Assembly: GCF_001194135.2 (NCBI RefSeq)
Contig: NC_068986.1
Coordinates: forward strand, 79,851,841-79,915,840
Direction: 5' to 3'
DNA: 64,000 nucleotides
Origin: Octopus bimaculoides
Taxonomy: Eukaryota
Position 1 is the first letter of the stretch, and every line of letters starts with the position of its first letter. The notes under the pieces were generated by a model. That model made no database searches. It saw nothing but the letters and a program-made list of their open reading frames with translations, and was not told where the DNA came from. This document shows, one piece after another, positions 10,923 through 24,900 of the stretch. The translations under genes and the position numbers were made by a program.

Positions 10923-12257
10923 CACAAGATCAGCATTAACACACTCCTCCACGTTCACAAACACACGCTTACATTCAGCAGATATATACGTGGCGATGCT
11001 AGTTGATAGATTCTGTACATCGCGTGCTGTGGAACTATAAATTTCGTCTGAAGTTTAAGCCATATTTCATTAGACAACAGTAGTCTAATGGATGCAAAGT
11101 AAATAACAATAACAATAAAAACTGACTGCAACAACAAAAATACCTGGTAGCCATATATTATATTCTTTCATGTTGATCTAGGTAAGCGAAGTAATTTGAT
11201 ATACATATACAGCGATACATACACACGCACAGACTTAAACAGAAACACACAAACACATTCACACACCACATAATCATACATACTCGCACGCACACTGGCT
11301 CAGACACACACATTCACACTAACACATACACACTCACACACATACTCACTCACATACACGCACACACGCTAGCACACATACTCACACACACTAACAAACG
11401 CACTAACACACACACACACACTCACATACACACACTCCACACACACTCTCTCACACACACTCACACACAAACACTCATACTCACACTTACACACTCAAGT
11501 ATTATAACGTGCGTAATTCATTGATGGTGAGTTTGAACATATTTGTATGTGAATGTGCGTGCATGTGTGTGTGGGGGGGGGGNNNNNNNNNNNNNNNNNN
11601 NNNNNNNNNNNNNNNNNNNNNNNNNNNNNNNNNNNNNNNNNNNNNNNNNNNNNNNNNNNNNNNNNNNNNNNNNNNNNNNNNNNNNNNNNNNNNNNNNNNN
11701 NNNNNNNNNNNNNNNNNNNNNNNNNNNNNNNNNNNNNNNNNNNNNNNNNNNNNNNNNNNNNNNNNNNNNNNNNNNNNNNNNNNNNNNNNNNNNNNNNNNN
11801 NNNNNNNNNNNNNNNNNNNNNNNNNNNNNNNNNNNATATGTGGGTTTTTGCATCCGTGACATTAGTGTTTACATACTAAGCTTTTATTCGTTTAGTCTTA
11901 ACTTAAATATGTCAGCTTCAGTCAGTATTTTGTCTACCACTTATAGTATTACTGCAGTGAGTTGGTAATTGACAAAGGTGTCCAGGGCGTAAAAAGAGCA
12001 CAGTATCTCAACTTTTTCTTTTTAGATTTCCCATCAAATTGATGCGAATACACACAGTTTCCCTGTCTGATAAAATACCAATGGGTATTTGTCGATCCGA
12101 AACTATGGAAGGAAATAACTGGTCAGAGTACTGCACAGTGATCACAAATCTAGAACAAGAAACTTCGTATATGCCAAGCGAACTTCTTAACTGCGCACAC
12201 CACCAAATGGCTCATATATACACATACATAAACACATACATGCATATGTAGACAGAC

Positions 12258-12298
<41 letters not shown>

Positions 12299-12539
12299 CA
12301 TACATACATACATACATAGATACATACATACATACATACATATACACACATTTGTATCTATGCATGTTTATATATTTCAGCTCTGATTTAAGTAGTTGGC
12401 TGTCCTCTATTTACATATGTACGTGCGTCTGTACATACATACATGCATATATTTAGCAGAAGGTGTCGAAATTGTGATGATATTTGGTTGATATTTTATT
12501 ATGGATGGAGCATGTTTGCATCCTCCCCCTGTACCGCTA

Positions 12540-12860
12540 AGAGACCCCCTTCGGTCATGACTGACCATGGGATTGCACCTAGAAAGTTACCTTCCCAGGC
12601 ACAAGTCCGGGCAAGCAAGGTTATTTTTATGGGAGACCAGCAGTCGCCCATGCATACCAGCCTCCCCTCTCCACGCCACCAATGTTATCCAAGAGAAAGG
12701 CAAAGGCCGATACAGCTTGGCACCTGTGACGTCGCAACTCATTTCTACAGCTGAGTTGGAGCGACGTGAAATAAAGTGTCATGCAGCCCGGTCCGGAATT
12801 CGAACTCACAACCTAACGATCGTAAGCTCGACACTTTAACCACTGAGCCATGCACCTTTA
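12540..12860 (-). mobile_element. tRNA-derived SINE with LINE-like tail
   Basis: Plus-strand gaattcgaactcacaacc...aaccactgagccatgcacctt is the reverse of a tRNA-like A/B-box head. Confidence 0.6.
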
Positions 12861-12878
12861 CTGCGCCACATTGCGCGC

Positions 12879-12914
<36 letters not shown>

Positions 12915-13861
12915 AACAAACAGGTGTATTAGTTTGATGTTCGGGAAGGTGAGAAAGTCCTTTACATTTCGAGCCTTACTTAATGACTGATCCAATGGGT
13001 CAATATCTTTCTAGTTGAACCATTGGATGGATCAATTATTAGGTAAGTATATCTCTACGTTGTATATATTTGAATCGATTTGTATTTGGGTGTAACCAGT
13101 TATTCCTTCTCTTCGGATTTTACCTGGTTCTTCATCACAGTCAACTCTTAAATATATGATACGTGTGTAGGAAGCTTATTTGAAAAATAAAATAGAATAG
13201 TCTTATTCATGTGTTGAATAAGCCACTGGACATAAAAGTCAGTATTCAGTCTTTGTTGGGCGAGAGGATTAGTGAGTATGATTTGTTGATGTGCAGATTA
13301 GAAGTTAATGTACGCAAGAGACTGAGGGTCGTTTCAAATGCATCTAGGAATGACAGTATATTCTGGTATACAAATCGAATTTTTCAGATAAAAATTTACA
13401 GCCAAAAAAGGTTGATTAACTTATGTTAATCACTCTCGAAGACGATTTTGGAGGATCAAAAAATTCCATGTGAAATGCAACAGGAATTGGAAAGATAATG
13501 ATAATGTTTGACTGCCTCCGCTACACCTTTTACACTATATACTACGTTGACTACTATGCCAGAAAATACGATATAAAAAAAATTATGAGGGCTTAGATAA
13601 AGGTCAGTACAAAGATTCAATATATTTTTACGTGAGTGATGATGATGTTTGTGGAGAAATTACACATGAGAGGAAGGGTAAATAGGACGGATGTGTTAAT
13701 TATAGATTATTGGCTGACGGGTATGAAGTTGGGGAGATGTTTTCAATTAAGTATTCAGCTGTCAGTCCGTTTCCTTCCGGTCACTGATATCATCACTTCT
13801 TTCCTCGCTATCTTTTCATCCTGTTCATTTATTGATAAATTTAATCAATATTATCAAACAC

Positions 13862-14240
13862 GGCATGGTTGTGTGGTTTAAGAAGCTGGTTTTTCAACGA
13901 CGTGGTTTTGTATTCAGTCCTACTGCGCGGCACTTTGGACAAGTGTCTTCTACTATAGCTGTGGCCGGCTAATGTCTTGTGAGTAGATTTGATAGAGGGG
14001 CAACTATGTAAGAGCCTTTCGCATATGTGTGTGTTTGTATGTGTATGTCTCTGTGTTTACCCACCTCCACCCCACCCACTTCTTGACAACTGTTGTTGGT
14101 TTGTTCAAGTTCCAGTAACTTAGCGGCTCCGCAAATAAGACTGGTAGAATAAGCACCAGACTTTAAAATAAGAACTGGGGGTACCCCACGGAGGTATCCG
14201 CAGCGTAGCTGCAGCTGAATGACTGAAACAAGTAAAACAT
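13862..14240 (+). mobile_element. tRNA-derived SINE, family B
   Basis: ggcatggttgtgtggtttaagaagc...caagtgtcttctactatagc...taacttagcggctccgcaa...tgactgaaacaagtaaaa. Confidence 0.7.
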
Positions 14241-14975
14241 GAAAGACGGTAAGCGTCTGTGTAGAACCGGTATGCCAAGAGAGAACGAAGAAAGGTGTTA
14301 AAGACTCCTTACATATGATAGATAAAAACAAAAAAAAATTAATCAAAAACTAAAAAGAAGCAAATGAAGGGGCCAAGTAGAAAAAGAACAGTCAAATATT
14401 TCTGTTGTTAAATCTTTTCGTGTGCTCCATAAATTGAAAGATCATATTTATGGTTAATCGATACTTGGAAATATAAGTATTGATATAATTTCATCATGAA
14501 TAGTAATTACCATTCTGTATGAACGTCACTATAGCTCTTTGCTCTTTGGCTACATATCAATCCAATGTTATCCAATATTCCGCCTGTCCCATTTCCCGTT
14601 ACACACTAAACATTGTCAGTTTATGTCAACTGATGATTGATAAAATGAATATTTTAACAATTTATTGTTTCAAACACATTATCTGCATGTAATGCCATCA
14701 AAAGCATGCACATGCTGGGTACTCGCCCGGGGGTTCCTCGAGTCTAAGAATCCAATGCATCGGTTTACCTGTAAGACTTTAAAGTTGTTGTAAGGAACAT
14801 GTCAGTATACTCTACTAACGGTCTAGCTGAGAAAATCTCTTTCCTTCTAGGTAAGGAACTGATAGAAAATTGTCGGATTCCTCTTCCAACGATATACAAA
14901 CCTACATAAACTCTTGACGTTTATAATATACTTTAAGCCGATGCAGACTACCACCACTAATGCTCTCGGTCTCTG

Positions 14976-14976
<1 letters not shown>

Positions 14977-15034
<58 letters not shown>

Positions 15035-15035
15035 G

Positions 15036-15090
<55 letters not shown>
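14977..15090. repeat. (GATA)n microsatellite
   Basis: Read directly from the sequence. Confidence 0.95.
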
Positions 15091-15391
15091 CATGTGAATA
15101 TATGTATGCGTTGGAACGTGTGTGTGTGTGTACTTGTATGTATATATGTGTATATTTATAAATTAAAAGAAAATATGTATATATTCGTATATATGGGCAT
15201 GTGTGTATACATATGCGCACCACATATACACACACATTCGTGCAGCCATAAACGTATTCGTGATGTTTATATAGATGTAAAACGCCAATATTTATTCATT
15301 TCGTATACATCAACAGCTACGGTGTCTACACGATGTAGTTGAATTCGTTTCGTCCGTTTTGTGCATGAAAGGAAATACCAGACATCTGTAC

Positions 15392-15928
15392 CTAGTTAAC
15401 GATGCATACCTGCTTCCGATATATTGCGAGTAAGGGAGCGAACTCCTACCCACTTCTAGCGACAGAACCAGCCTGGTTTCGGCTATTTCTTCCTCTCTTC
15501 AATACTGGACACCTCATCAGCTTGAGAAGGCGGTAACTCGCCTCTATTCGAAATATGTATAAATTTAAGCGACACAAAGGTAAAGAAGCTAGTTCTAAAA
15601 TCTAAGAGATGAACGCAGTGAAGTCCGTTCGAACGGAACAGCCATGTTGAAGTGGCTACGAACATTACTTGCTATTACAACTACTGTGTTCATCTCTTAC
15701 AGATATTCTAGAACTAGCTTTTTTGCTCATTTTAACATCAAAGACTGTGTATCAACGACTGTGATCCCGTCGTTAGAAGGTGGAAAGATTTCGCTCCCTT
15801 GCTCGCAATATTTCGGATGCAGGTATGCATTGTTAACCAGCTCGAGGAGATGTCTTCTTGGGGTTAAAAAATCGCAGTAAAGTCCGTTCGAACAGAACAG
15901 CCATGTTGAAGTAGCTACGAACATTACT
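15392..15928. mobile_element. Foldback element with two pairs of inverted repeats, a duplicated loop and a degenerate hammerhead motif
   Basis: Inverted repeats 15392-15463 vs about 15768-15841 and 15580-15620 vs 15684-15725. Direct repeat 15615-15669 vs 15874-15928. Confidence 0.7.
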
Positions 15929-15983
15929 GTGTGTGTGTGTGTATGTGTGTGTGTGTGTGTGTGTGTGTACGTATGTATGCATG

Positions 15984-16015
<32 letters not shown>

Positions 16016-16020
16016 GGTGT

Positions 16021-16056
<36 letters not shown>

Positions 16057-17109
16057 CCCATTAATATTGTTTGTTGTAGCTTTTGTGTATATTAGCCTAT
16101 AAAAATACAGATTTTAATGTATTAATACCAAAAAGTAATCTTTACCTCCAACTTGACTTGGAGATTGAGGTAGAACACAGAATACTGCGTTATTTACCCT
16201 GTGGAAATCTTACATAAAAAATCGTGGTGCATAAAGGCAATCGTACTTATATCGTTGATAGCAGAGAATCGTCTGCTTCGCTCGCTGGAACAGCAAGATT
16301 ATGTGACTTCAACCTGCAGATCCTGCGGCCGTAGCACATGATTCTCTTTCGTCAATGATATTATTGTGATTGCTTTAACGCACCACCAGTTCTCATGGGA
16401 GATCCTCTCAAGGTAAATTCATACATTGGTACGCACATGAATACACACATATAAACATCCATAGTTACATATGCACGTACATACGCACATGCTCACATAC
16501 GTACGTATTTCCATAGATACACGATATTTCCATAGATCTTACTTTCTTTACCCGGTTTTTCGGAAAAAAGACTTTGGTAGAGCGCCGTCTTAAAGGTTTT
16601 AGTCGATGCAACCGATTCCGGTACTATTTTTGCTCCTAAGTTTCGTTATCATATGAAACAGAAGACAAGTCGTTCAAGGGGTAAAAGAAGAAAATCCTGT
16701 CGAAATTTAATACTTAAAATCAATTTTGCTTGTTGCACCAAGTTGTTCACTCTGTGCCATAATTATTCTACCTCACCAAAGCGAAGCCTATACATCGATA
16801 TAAAGGTCCGATAAGACTGAAACACGCTCTAAGTTATCTCCCGCACTTGCTGAAAGTATTATTACCATTGATTTAATGTTATCTTTTCCCATCTTATAAG
16901 TATTTCTAATTAGTTATTTAACGCATGCTACATTAAATAGCTTAGCATTGGCTTAACTATCATTGAGACTTAAGTACCAATGTCAAGTTCACATAATAGT
17001 GCCGAGTAGTAAATATGAATTTTCATATTGTCTTCTGATAATCTGAAATCCTAAAACACGATTTTGTGCAACCTTTAGCAAATAATTAGCTACTGTCAAT
17101 ATTACTTTC

Positions 17110-17320
17110 TAACTTTGGCACAAAACCAGCAGTTCTGAAGTAAAGTAGAATTTGATTACATCGACCCCCAACGCTCAACTGGTACTTATTTTATAAACTT
17201 AGAAAAGATAGAAGGTAAAGTTGATCTCAGTGGCATTTGAATTCAGAGCATAATGACAGAACTGCCGCTAAGCATTTTGTCCGGCGCAGTAACGACTCTA
17301 CTAACTCGCCATCTTAGGCT
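17110..17320 (-). mobile_element. Family-A SINE
   Basis: actggtacttattttataaac...aagttgatctcagtggcatttgaattcagagc...ctaactcgccatctt. Confidence 0.65.
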
Positions 17321-17359
17321 AAGGTCAGTATTAAACCTAATCCTATTGACCTAATCTAT

Positions 17360-17575
17360 TTTTTTTTTATCATTTACTTGTTTAAGTCATTAGACTGCCT
17401 TCATACTGGGGCACCTCCTTGAAAAATTTTAGTCGAACGAATGGGCTCTAGTACTTTTTTTTCTTTAAAGTCTGGTACTTATTAAATCGATCTCTTTCGC
17501 CGAATCGTAAAGCTACGGGGACGTAAAGACACCAACAACAGCTGTCAAGCGATGATGGGGGACAAATACAGACAG
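17360..17575 (-). mobile_element. Family-B SINE 3' part
   Basis: ttacttgtttaagtcattagactgc...gtacttattaaatcgatctctttcgccgaatc. Confidence 0.6.
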
Positions 17576-17639
17576 AAAGACATACTTTCATAAATTATTT
17601 TAGGTATCACTTTAGCAAAGAGCAGACAGACATTTTCTC

Positions 17640-19140
17640 GAACTCCTTCATTTTTAACTCAGCAGCACATCTACAATGTGAGAGATGGGTGAATAAATTT
17701 GACAGATATAGCTCAGCCAAAGATTGGCCCAGGCAATGTCTAATTTAACAGAATACCTGATAAGATCTGTTAAATCATTTTTAAGTCAATGTTTGTGGTA
17801 TCCTGGTCCATTCAAGTAGGGAGTTGTTGACAGATGTATCCAGGTATAGATAGCTCATTTAGTATCCCTTGAAAACATTTGTCCAGTGTTCATTTGAGGA
17901 TGGTGGGTCCTTTCCTTCTTTGACTTGTTTTGAGATAATATTAAATAGAGCAGGGCCTGTTGAGGAAAAAACATTGTTTTACAGTGAGTTTATGAGTTAT
18001 GATCCTGAATTGTGTAGGGAGCGTATGGCACGTAAGAATAAAGTTTTGATATTTTATGGCAATCTCAATGATCAAGATCAGTCTCTGGGGGTGACTCAAT
18101 TTTCGTAATGTTTTATTTGGTGTTGAGAAGCCACAGTGAGCAGCAGTATTCTAGTTGTGGTTTACAAAGGAAAAGAGGAGAATGATGACATCTTGCTCTC
18201 TGGACTGGAATGTTCTGAAGATCCGAGAGCTCATCCTGCGAACCACATCGACTTTATTGTTGATATGAGCACTCCAGCCAAAATTGTTATCAACAAATTA
18301 TCCTAAATCTCTGATATTATCGGATGTTGTGGGTAGTTTCCTTGAACGAAGAGAATATGTTAGTGTCAGGGCATTTTTTTCCAAAGTGTCTAATTTCAAA
18401 TTTTCCCTCATTTAACCACATGTTATTTTTGTCCGCCCATTGGGTTACAACATCTAGATAAGACCGCAGACTCCTTCGATAATATTCTGGAGCTTGAAGT
18501 CAACTGCGAATATTTTTATTTGCTGGTTTTGATGACGCTTGAGATGTCGTTTATATAGACTATGAAGAGAAGCGAGTCCAGAACAATTCCCTGAGGTAAA
18601 CCACTGGTTACTTTTGCAAGGATTGAGTGGATTTCACCGATTGCAGCATGCTATGTTCTGTTCACCAGGAAATGCTTAATCTAGTAGTTTTGCCACCCAT
18701 TCCAATACTGTACAATTTTAACAGGGAGGTATTGCGACTGATTCTGTCAAATGCTTTGCTGAAGTCAAGACATATGACATCAGAGTTAGAAAACTGATCT
18801 CAAACCTTTAAGAACATCATCGATGTGATGTAAAACCTGTGTTAAGCAGTCCCTGCTACAGTGAAAATCCCATTGGCCGGGATTTAGAAGGTTGTGAATC
18901 GCCAGGAAGACAGTTATCCTTGATCTTACACCCTTTCAAACACTTTCATGGTATGGAAGGTGAGTGAGATCGGGCGATATTTAACTGAAGGAGATCTGTT
19001 TCCATTTTTGAAGACCGGGATAGAAGATTGGGAAAAGAGATGTTTCGCTATATAGCCTGAATCTAAAGAATTTCTCCAGATGTTGGTTAAGATACCAACT
19101 TGCAACTCTTGTATTTTATAAAGAGATGTACCAGGATCCA
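17640..19140 (-). mobile_element. CR1-clade LINE reverse transcriptase remnant
   Basis: Minus-strand DVICLDFSKAFD and GLPQGIVLDSLLFIVYIND motifs. Degenerate. Confidence 0.8.
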
Positions 19141-21839
19141 GCTGATATTCATTTACAACTGACGCGACTGAAGCAACATGAAACGAAGTGACTTGTTCAA
19201 GGACACAACGCGTACCTCAATCCAGGAGTTGAAATCTTCACCCCAACCGCGAGGTCACTCACCTTCACACAAACTAAGTTCGGAATGCTGAAATGACGTT
19301 CCAAATTAACTAAGAGTTGACTGATGAAGTGAAAATCAGTTGACGAAAATGTGGCTAAGTTTCTTTAAATAAAGTCTCGTAATTCAAACACTTCAATGTT
19401 GGGATCCTCCATCGCATTTAAGTAACAATGCTATTGAAGTAGCATTTCTAAGTTTCTTTTATCGGAGACTGTATTCATGAATGAAATTTAGTGTCATTTA
19501 TAATATTAGACAATACAATATAATTGTCACTTTTCTACGTGACGTTACCTCAGCACAGATGACATTTCACTTATAGGCAGACAGATCCCTGTGTCGCTGC
19601 ATACAAAAATCATTAAATATGGATATCGTTGTGCAAACCAAATATCTATTTTCTTTTTGTAATTTATGTTGTTATTATGAATAAATAGCTTCGTTCTTTA
19701 CAGATTTCCAAAAGCCACCATTTCATTTGTATTTCTGATAGAGAGATTGACAAGTATTCTCTATCTCGGTATACAATAAATATCCTTTCTGCTATAGGCA
19801 CGGAACCTGTCGGCATTGAATAAATGTGACGAGAGACTTCTTCGGAAAGTACCGTGGTTTTCGTTTACTTATCGATGTTGACATATAAACATAACGCCTA
19901 AGCATACACACCCACACACATACATATATATACTGGAAAGAAAAGTGATTAAAGAATCCAGGTTAAGCACCCTGGGATCGATTAAATATGCATAACTGAT
20001 GCATTGATGCATTGATGCATTTTGAGATGTGCCATTCTATTTGAAACGTAAATATCAAATCATGGATGAATCTTCATTCTTTTGTGCTTTTCTTTATATG
20101 AATATAAATAGGGAACCAACTGTACTGGTAAATATTGACATCAAGACGACAATATATACGCTATTCACTAAATGCGAATGTCATTATACAGTTTACTTAT
20201 CGTAGCCAGACGTCGCTGCACACATGGTTCACTGAATACAGATATGAGTTTTAGTTTTATTTTATTTCCATCCTGTAGTTCTTCTCATTAAGAAAAGTGT
20301 GCAATCCCCTTCGTTCGAATATCCTCCATTATTCATGAAAGAGGAGTTATATGTCGTTACGTTCTCACATGAGAACGTAACTAATTCAAGGAGAAAGAAA
20401 AGAGACAGACAGAGGTAGAATACTAGATGCAAATGCTTCACTGATTATTTATTGTCCCCAAAAGGGTAAAAAACGATTTAATTTCAGCGAGACCTGAAAT
20501 CAGAGCAAAAAAGCTGCTACAAATACCACAAGGCATTTTATTCAATGCTCAAATGAGACTGTCTGCTTGTCACCATGTTATTATTATAGACGGTGATAGA
20601 TAAATACAGGTAGCATTGCAATGCAATTACTGTTCATTGAATGTAGATATTACACTATATATTCAGCAATATATAAAAATGTTAGTTCATTATTCCTACA
20701 CGAAGACATATACGGATAATGACCCACAATAGAGTGATACTTACACACAAAGTCTAATATATACAGTAACTTCTAGTTTTATCACACACACATACAAATA
20801 AACACAAGCAAATTGTTAGGAATTTAGGAAATGACATTTGAACATGGCGATTGCTGAAGCAATGACATCTAGATAGTAACATATAAACTTTTACACTTGT
20901 TTCCAAAAATTTACGCTGATGACTGTATTAAATGATTGCCATATCAATTATACTATCAAATCACTTTTATGTAAATATTTGGATCATGTGACATCATAAT
21001 TACTGGTATCTCTCTTAATGACCCGGGCAGAAGCTAATAATTGTGTTGTCTCATGATCCAGAAGTCCAGATTTATCATGAATCAGCATGAGAAGTAACAT
21101 TCGTATTACTGCTCGGTATATAGAGTAACATTGTATCGTAACGTTACTCAAAATTCGTCCAAGGGTACAAGTGGTTGTGAACACATGCCATTAATAAGGA
21201 CCAACGCGGTCGAAATGCACCTGGCGTCCTCGCTAGCCGCTCCTGAGTCGCTTTTCATCTTCTTCCGATTTATACTGTGCTTTAAAAGCAGCATATCCAT
21301 AAGAGATGTTATCTCCAACCAAAAACCGCAGTAAATTTTCTTTTCGACGCATTTACATTAATTATGACACATGGATGGTCACACACATAAACACGTATAT
21401 ATATATANNNNNNNNNNNNNNNNNNNNNNNNNNNNNNNNNNNNNNNNNNNNNNNNNNNNNNNNNNNNNNNNNNNNNNNNNNNNNNNNNNNNNNNNNNNNN
21501 NNNNNNNNNNNNNNNNNNNNNNNNNNNNNNNNNNNNNNNNNNNNNNNNNNNNNNNNNNNNNNNNNNNNNNNNNNNNNNNNNNNNNNNNNNNNNNNNNNNN
21601 NNNNNNNNNNNNNNNNNNNNNNNNNNNNNNNNNNNNNNNNNNNNNNNNNNNNNNNNNNNNNNNNNNNNNNNNNNNNNNNNNNNNNNNNNNNNNNNNNNNN
21701 NNNNNNNNNNNNNNNNNNNNNNNNNNNNNNNNNNNNNNNNNNNNNNNNNNNNNNNNNNNNNNNNNNNNNNNNNNNNNNNNNNNNNNNNNNNNNNNNNNNN
21801 NNNNNNNNNNNNNNNNNNNNNNNNNNNNNNNNNNNNNNN

Positions 21840-21870
<31 letters not shown>

Positions 21871-21959
21871 CAGATAAAGAAAAAGCTGGTAGTCACATCG
21901 GAGTTTTGGTGACATAGCTGTAACTTAGAAGCAACTCTCGGTCTTTTCCTTGTAAAATT

Positions 21960-23074
21960 CAAATAAATATGTCACTCATCTGAAAGGTATTAAATGACCC
22001 TTCAGCTTAATGTTCGATTTATTTTATTTATAACTATGTTTACAATGTATACTATAAGATGTATGTTGGGGATTTTGAGGGAGGCAGAGAATGATAGAAA
22101 GAAATGAAGAAATAAATAGTATTCAAACACAAATTAAGGCTGGCTTAGCATTTTTATTCAATTTAAATGTATTTTGCCAACAACAAGAACAGCAACAACA
22201 AGGGCATCAAAGTTTTCAATAATATCTAAATCATATTAAGTTGCATATTAGTGCTTTTCTTTTTGTTCGATGTCGTTTCGTTTCGTTTCGTTTCGTTTCT
22301 TTTCGATGTCCTTATATTGAAAATCAAATTCAAAGGAAAAACTCAGTAGCCATCGCTCGTTAAGGGCGAGTCTCTCTGATCATAATCTGATATTCATTTT
22401 TTATTTTGTTTTTGTTTGTTTTTGTTTTATTTATTTGTAAAAAGTTTTTAACATGTTCTATCCTTGAATGAATCGATTTATTTATTCGTGTAATTAAAAT
22501 GCATCGATTTATTTCATTAGGCTAGCAACTGTTACTGTTTCCAAAAACAGAATAAAACGAAGGTAAAGATAAAAATGTACATGACTACAAAGTTAGGGAT
22601 CAGAAAAAAAATAGAGTAAACATCTATTTATAAGAATGATACCTTCCTAATATCTCTCGTGGGCCTGCAGAATGCTTTATATGCATATATACGTTGTATT
22701 TGGTTGTGTGTGCTTGTTATAAACCACGCAGCGGCTTGTCCTCTACGTATGCAAAACATGTAATGCACGACTAGGATATAAAAATGCAAATAACAAATCC
22801 GATTTTAAAAAACCTTCCATTGTTTTTTTTTATGGAAGACAGTCTGAAAGGCGGTACATAATGCTATATGTAACCTATTTCGGTTATATGGCTTTGATTT
22901 TTAAATACCAGGGATCGCCACTGATGCAGGGCCCATTTACGTGTATAAAATAAGTAACAAAAGGCAAAGTTGAAAACCTCTGGACAATGATGGAAGGACG
23001 GGAGGCAGGAAGAAGGGAAAAGTTAGAGGAAGAAAGTAGAGAAAGAGAGAGAAAAGTTTGTAAGTCGAACGGCA
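21960..23074 (-). other. Probable 3' UTR of the myozenin-like gene
   Basis: Repeat-poor AT-rich stretch after the stop codon, with several minus-strand AATAAA hexamers (near 22480, 22400, 22155, 22020). The 3' end is not determined. Confidence 0.45.
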
Positions 23075-23310
23075 TCACAAATCACTACCAGGTAAGTCAC
23101 GTGGTGCAGTTGAAACAAATGGAGTCGGAGCAAACATCGGCTTTTGCCGGTAACTGTGCGTCTGACTTCTGTGATCTACGTCCGAACAGTAACCTAATTG
23201 GTCAGAAGACGAACGGATGTGTTGCACTTTGCCTCTGCTGGGTTTCGGTGCTACCGGTGGTGGCGGTGCTTTCTTCCCTGCTTGCGGTGGAATCTGCGGT
23301 ACAACTGGCG
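23075..23310 (-). CDS. Myozenin/calsarcin-like protein, last coding exon (PVVPQIPPQAGKKAPPPPVAPKP...DLPGSDL*)
   Basis: Acceptor tattttccag|CG at 23310. Phase 1 matches the upstream donor (A+CG = Thr). 236 nt, Pro-rich, ending in TGA at 23077-23075. Confidence 0.8.
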
Positions 23311-23499
23311 CTGGAAAATAAAAATAAAAAACATAAATAAGAAATGAAATCAGAAAATATGGATAATAATTTGTTTCCAACATTGGCACAAGGTCACGAA
23401 TTCGCGAAGAAGGATGGATAGTTGTCGATCTTTTCAACGACCAGTACTTGAACTCTCGAAGAGATTAAAAGAAAAAGAAATTGACAAGGACAGGAATTG

Positions 23500-23720
23500 A
23501 ATTTCTCAAATTTGATACAAAGCTACACAGTTTGAGATCGTGAGTATTATAGTCTATATCAACCACAGTATTTCATTTCGTCAACCTCATAACAACGAAA
23601 GCAAAAAACAAAAATTGACTGATGTGGGCGAAATTTGAACTCAGAACATAAAGAAAGATAACGAGATAATTCAAATAACGTTATCCGGAGCTCCACCTGT
23701 TCTAACATCTGATTGGATAC
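23500..23720 (-). mobile_element. Family-A SINE, degenerate
   Basis: gaaatttgaactcagaacataaag and flanking family-A blocks. Confidence 0.5.
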
Positions 23721-24052
23721 GCTGATAAATTCTAATTGCTTATTAGTTAATTACTAATCATTACATTATTTACTTTTTGTAATGTTATTTTTCATTCTGA
23801 CATGTTGCCAACAATTACTAATTTAATTATGTCTTTGTCTATTTTGTTCCTTATATTTGCTGTTAATTAGCACACTTCGGAAACCAGTTTAGTGCTCTAC
23901 TTAATCTATTTATTTTGGGCTATCGGGAATGGGAAGGGGAAGGTCTTGGACATTTAGTAAGTAAACAGCAATTACCTCATTAATGAAAATAAAAATATAT
24001 ATTGGAAATTAGCCACCTGAGTTTCGTACAGAAATGTATACATGTATACAAA

Positions 24053-24093
<41 letters not shown>

Positions 24094-24641
24094 NNNNNNN
24101 NNNNNNNNNNNNNNNNNNNNNNNNNNNNNNNNNNNNNNNNNNNNNNNNNNNNNNNNNNNNNNNNNNNNNNNNNNNNNNNNNNNNNNNNNNNNNNNNNNNN
24201 NNNNNNNNNNNNNNNNNNNNNNNNNNNNNNNNNNNNNNNNNNNNNNNNNNNNNNNNNNNNNNNNNNNNNNNNNNNNNNNNNNNNNNNNNNNNNNNNNNNN
24301 NNNNNNNNNNNNNNNNNNNNNNNNNNNNNNNNNNNNNNNNNNNNNNNNNNNNNNNNNNNNNNNNNNNNNNNNNNNNNNNNNNNNNNNNNNNNNNNNNNNN
24401 NNNNNNNNNNNNNNNNNNNNNNNNNNNNNNNNNNNNNNNNNNNNNNNNNNNNNNNNNNNNNNNNNNNNNNNNNNNNNNNNNNNNNNNNNNNNNNNNNNNN
24501 NNNNNNNNNNNNNNNNNNNNNNNNNNNNNNNNNNNNNNNNNNNNNNNNNNNNNNNNNNNNNNNNNNNNNNNNNNNNNNNNNNNNNNNNNNNNNNNNNNNN
24601 NNNNNNNNNNNNNNNNNNNNNNNNNNNNNNNNNNNNNNNNN

Positions 24642-24680
<39 letters not shown>

Positions 24681-24699
24681 GAGAGAATATACGAAAAAA

Positions 24700-24900
24700 C
24701 AACAACAGACGAGGACAGGTGGTGTAAATAACAAAAGGATGTATTAGTATGACGCTCGGGAATACGGAAAGTCTTTGACGTTTCGAGCTACGCTCTTCAA
24801 CAGAAAGAATACGGAGACAAGGAGAAAAACACGGAGAAAAAAAATTGAATAGTGTCCAGTCAACGGTCAATCATAATAATGGCTGATCATAACAATGGCT
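24700..24900 (-). mobile_element. Penelope-like terminal fragment carrying hammerhead family 2
   Basis: Shares gtattagt..tgacgctcgggaa..gaaagtctttgacgtttcgagc with a partial copy at about 12910-12975. Confidence 0.55.
24772..24808 (-). ncRNA. Minimal type I hammerhead motif, family 2 (A6U variant)
   Basis: TCTTT CTGTTGA A GAGC-GTA-GCTC GAA ACGT C AAAGA: 5-bp helix I, 4-bp helix II, palindromic ACGU, GUC site. Confidence 0.65.

Noticed and set aside
14740-14900. Possible further Penelope C-terminal remnant
   Set aside because: Similarity is too fragmentary to support by eye.
19310-19360. CTGATGAAGT...ACGAAAATGT hammerhead-like string
   Set aside because: Only a 2-bp helix II, no helix I complementarity and no valid NUH site.
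21215-21312. Short minus-strand frame NISYGYAAFKAQYKSEEDEKRLRSG* as an alternative last exon
   Set aside because: Weak GAG acceptor with a poor pyrimidine tract, no recognisable homology, and it lies beyond the poly(A) signals.
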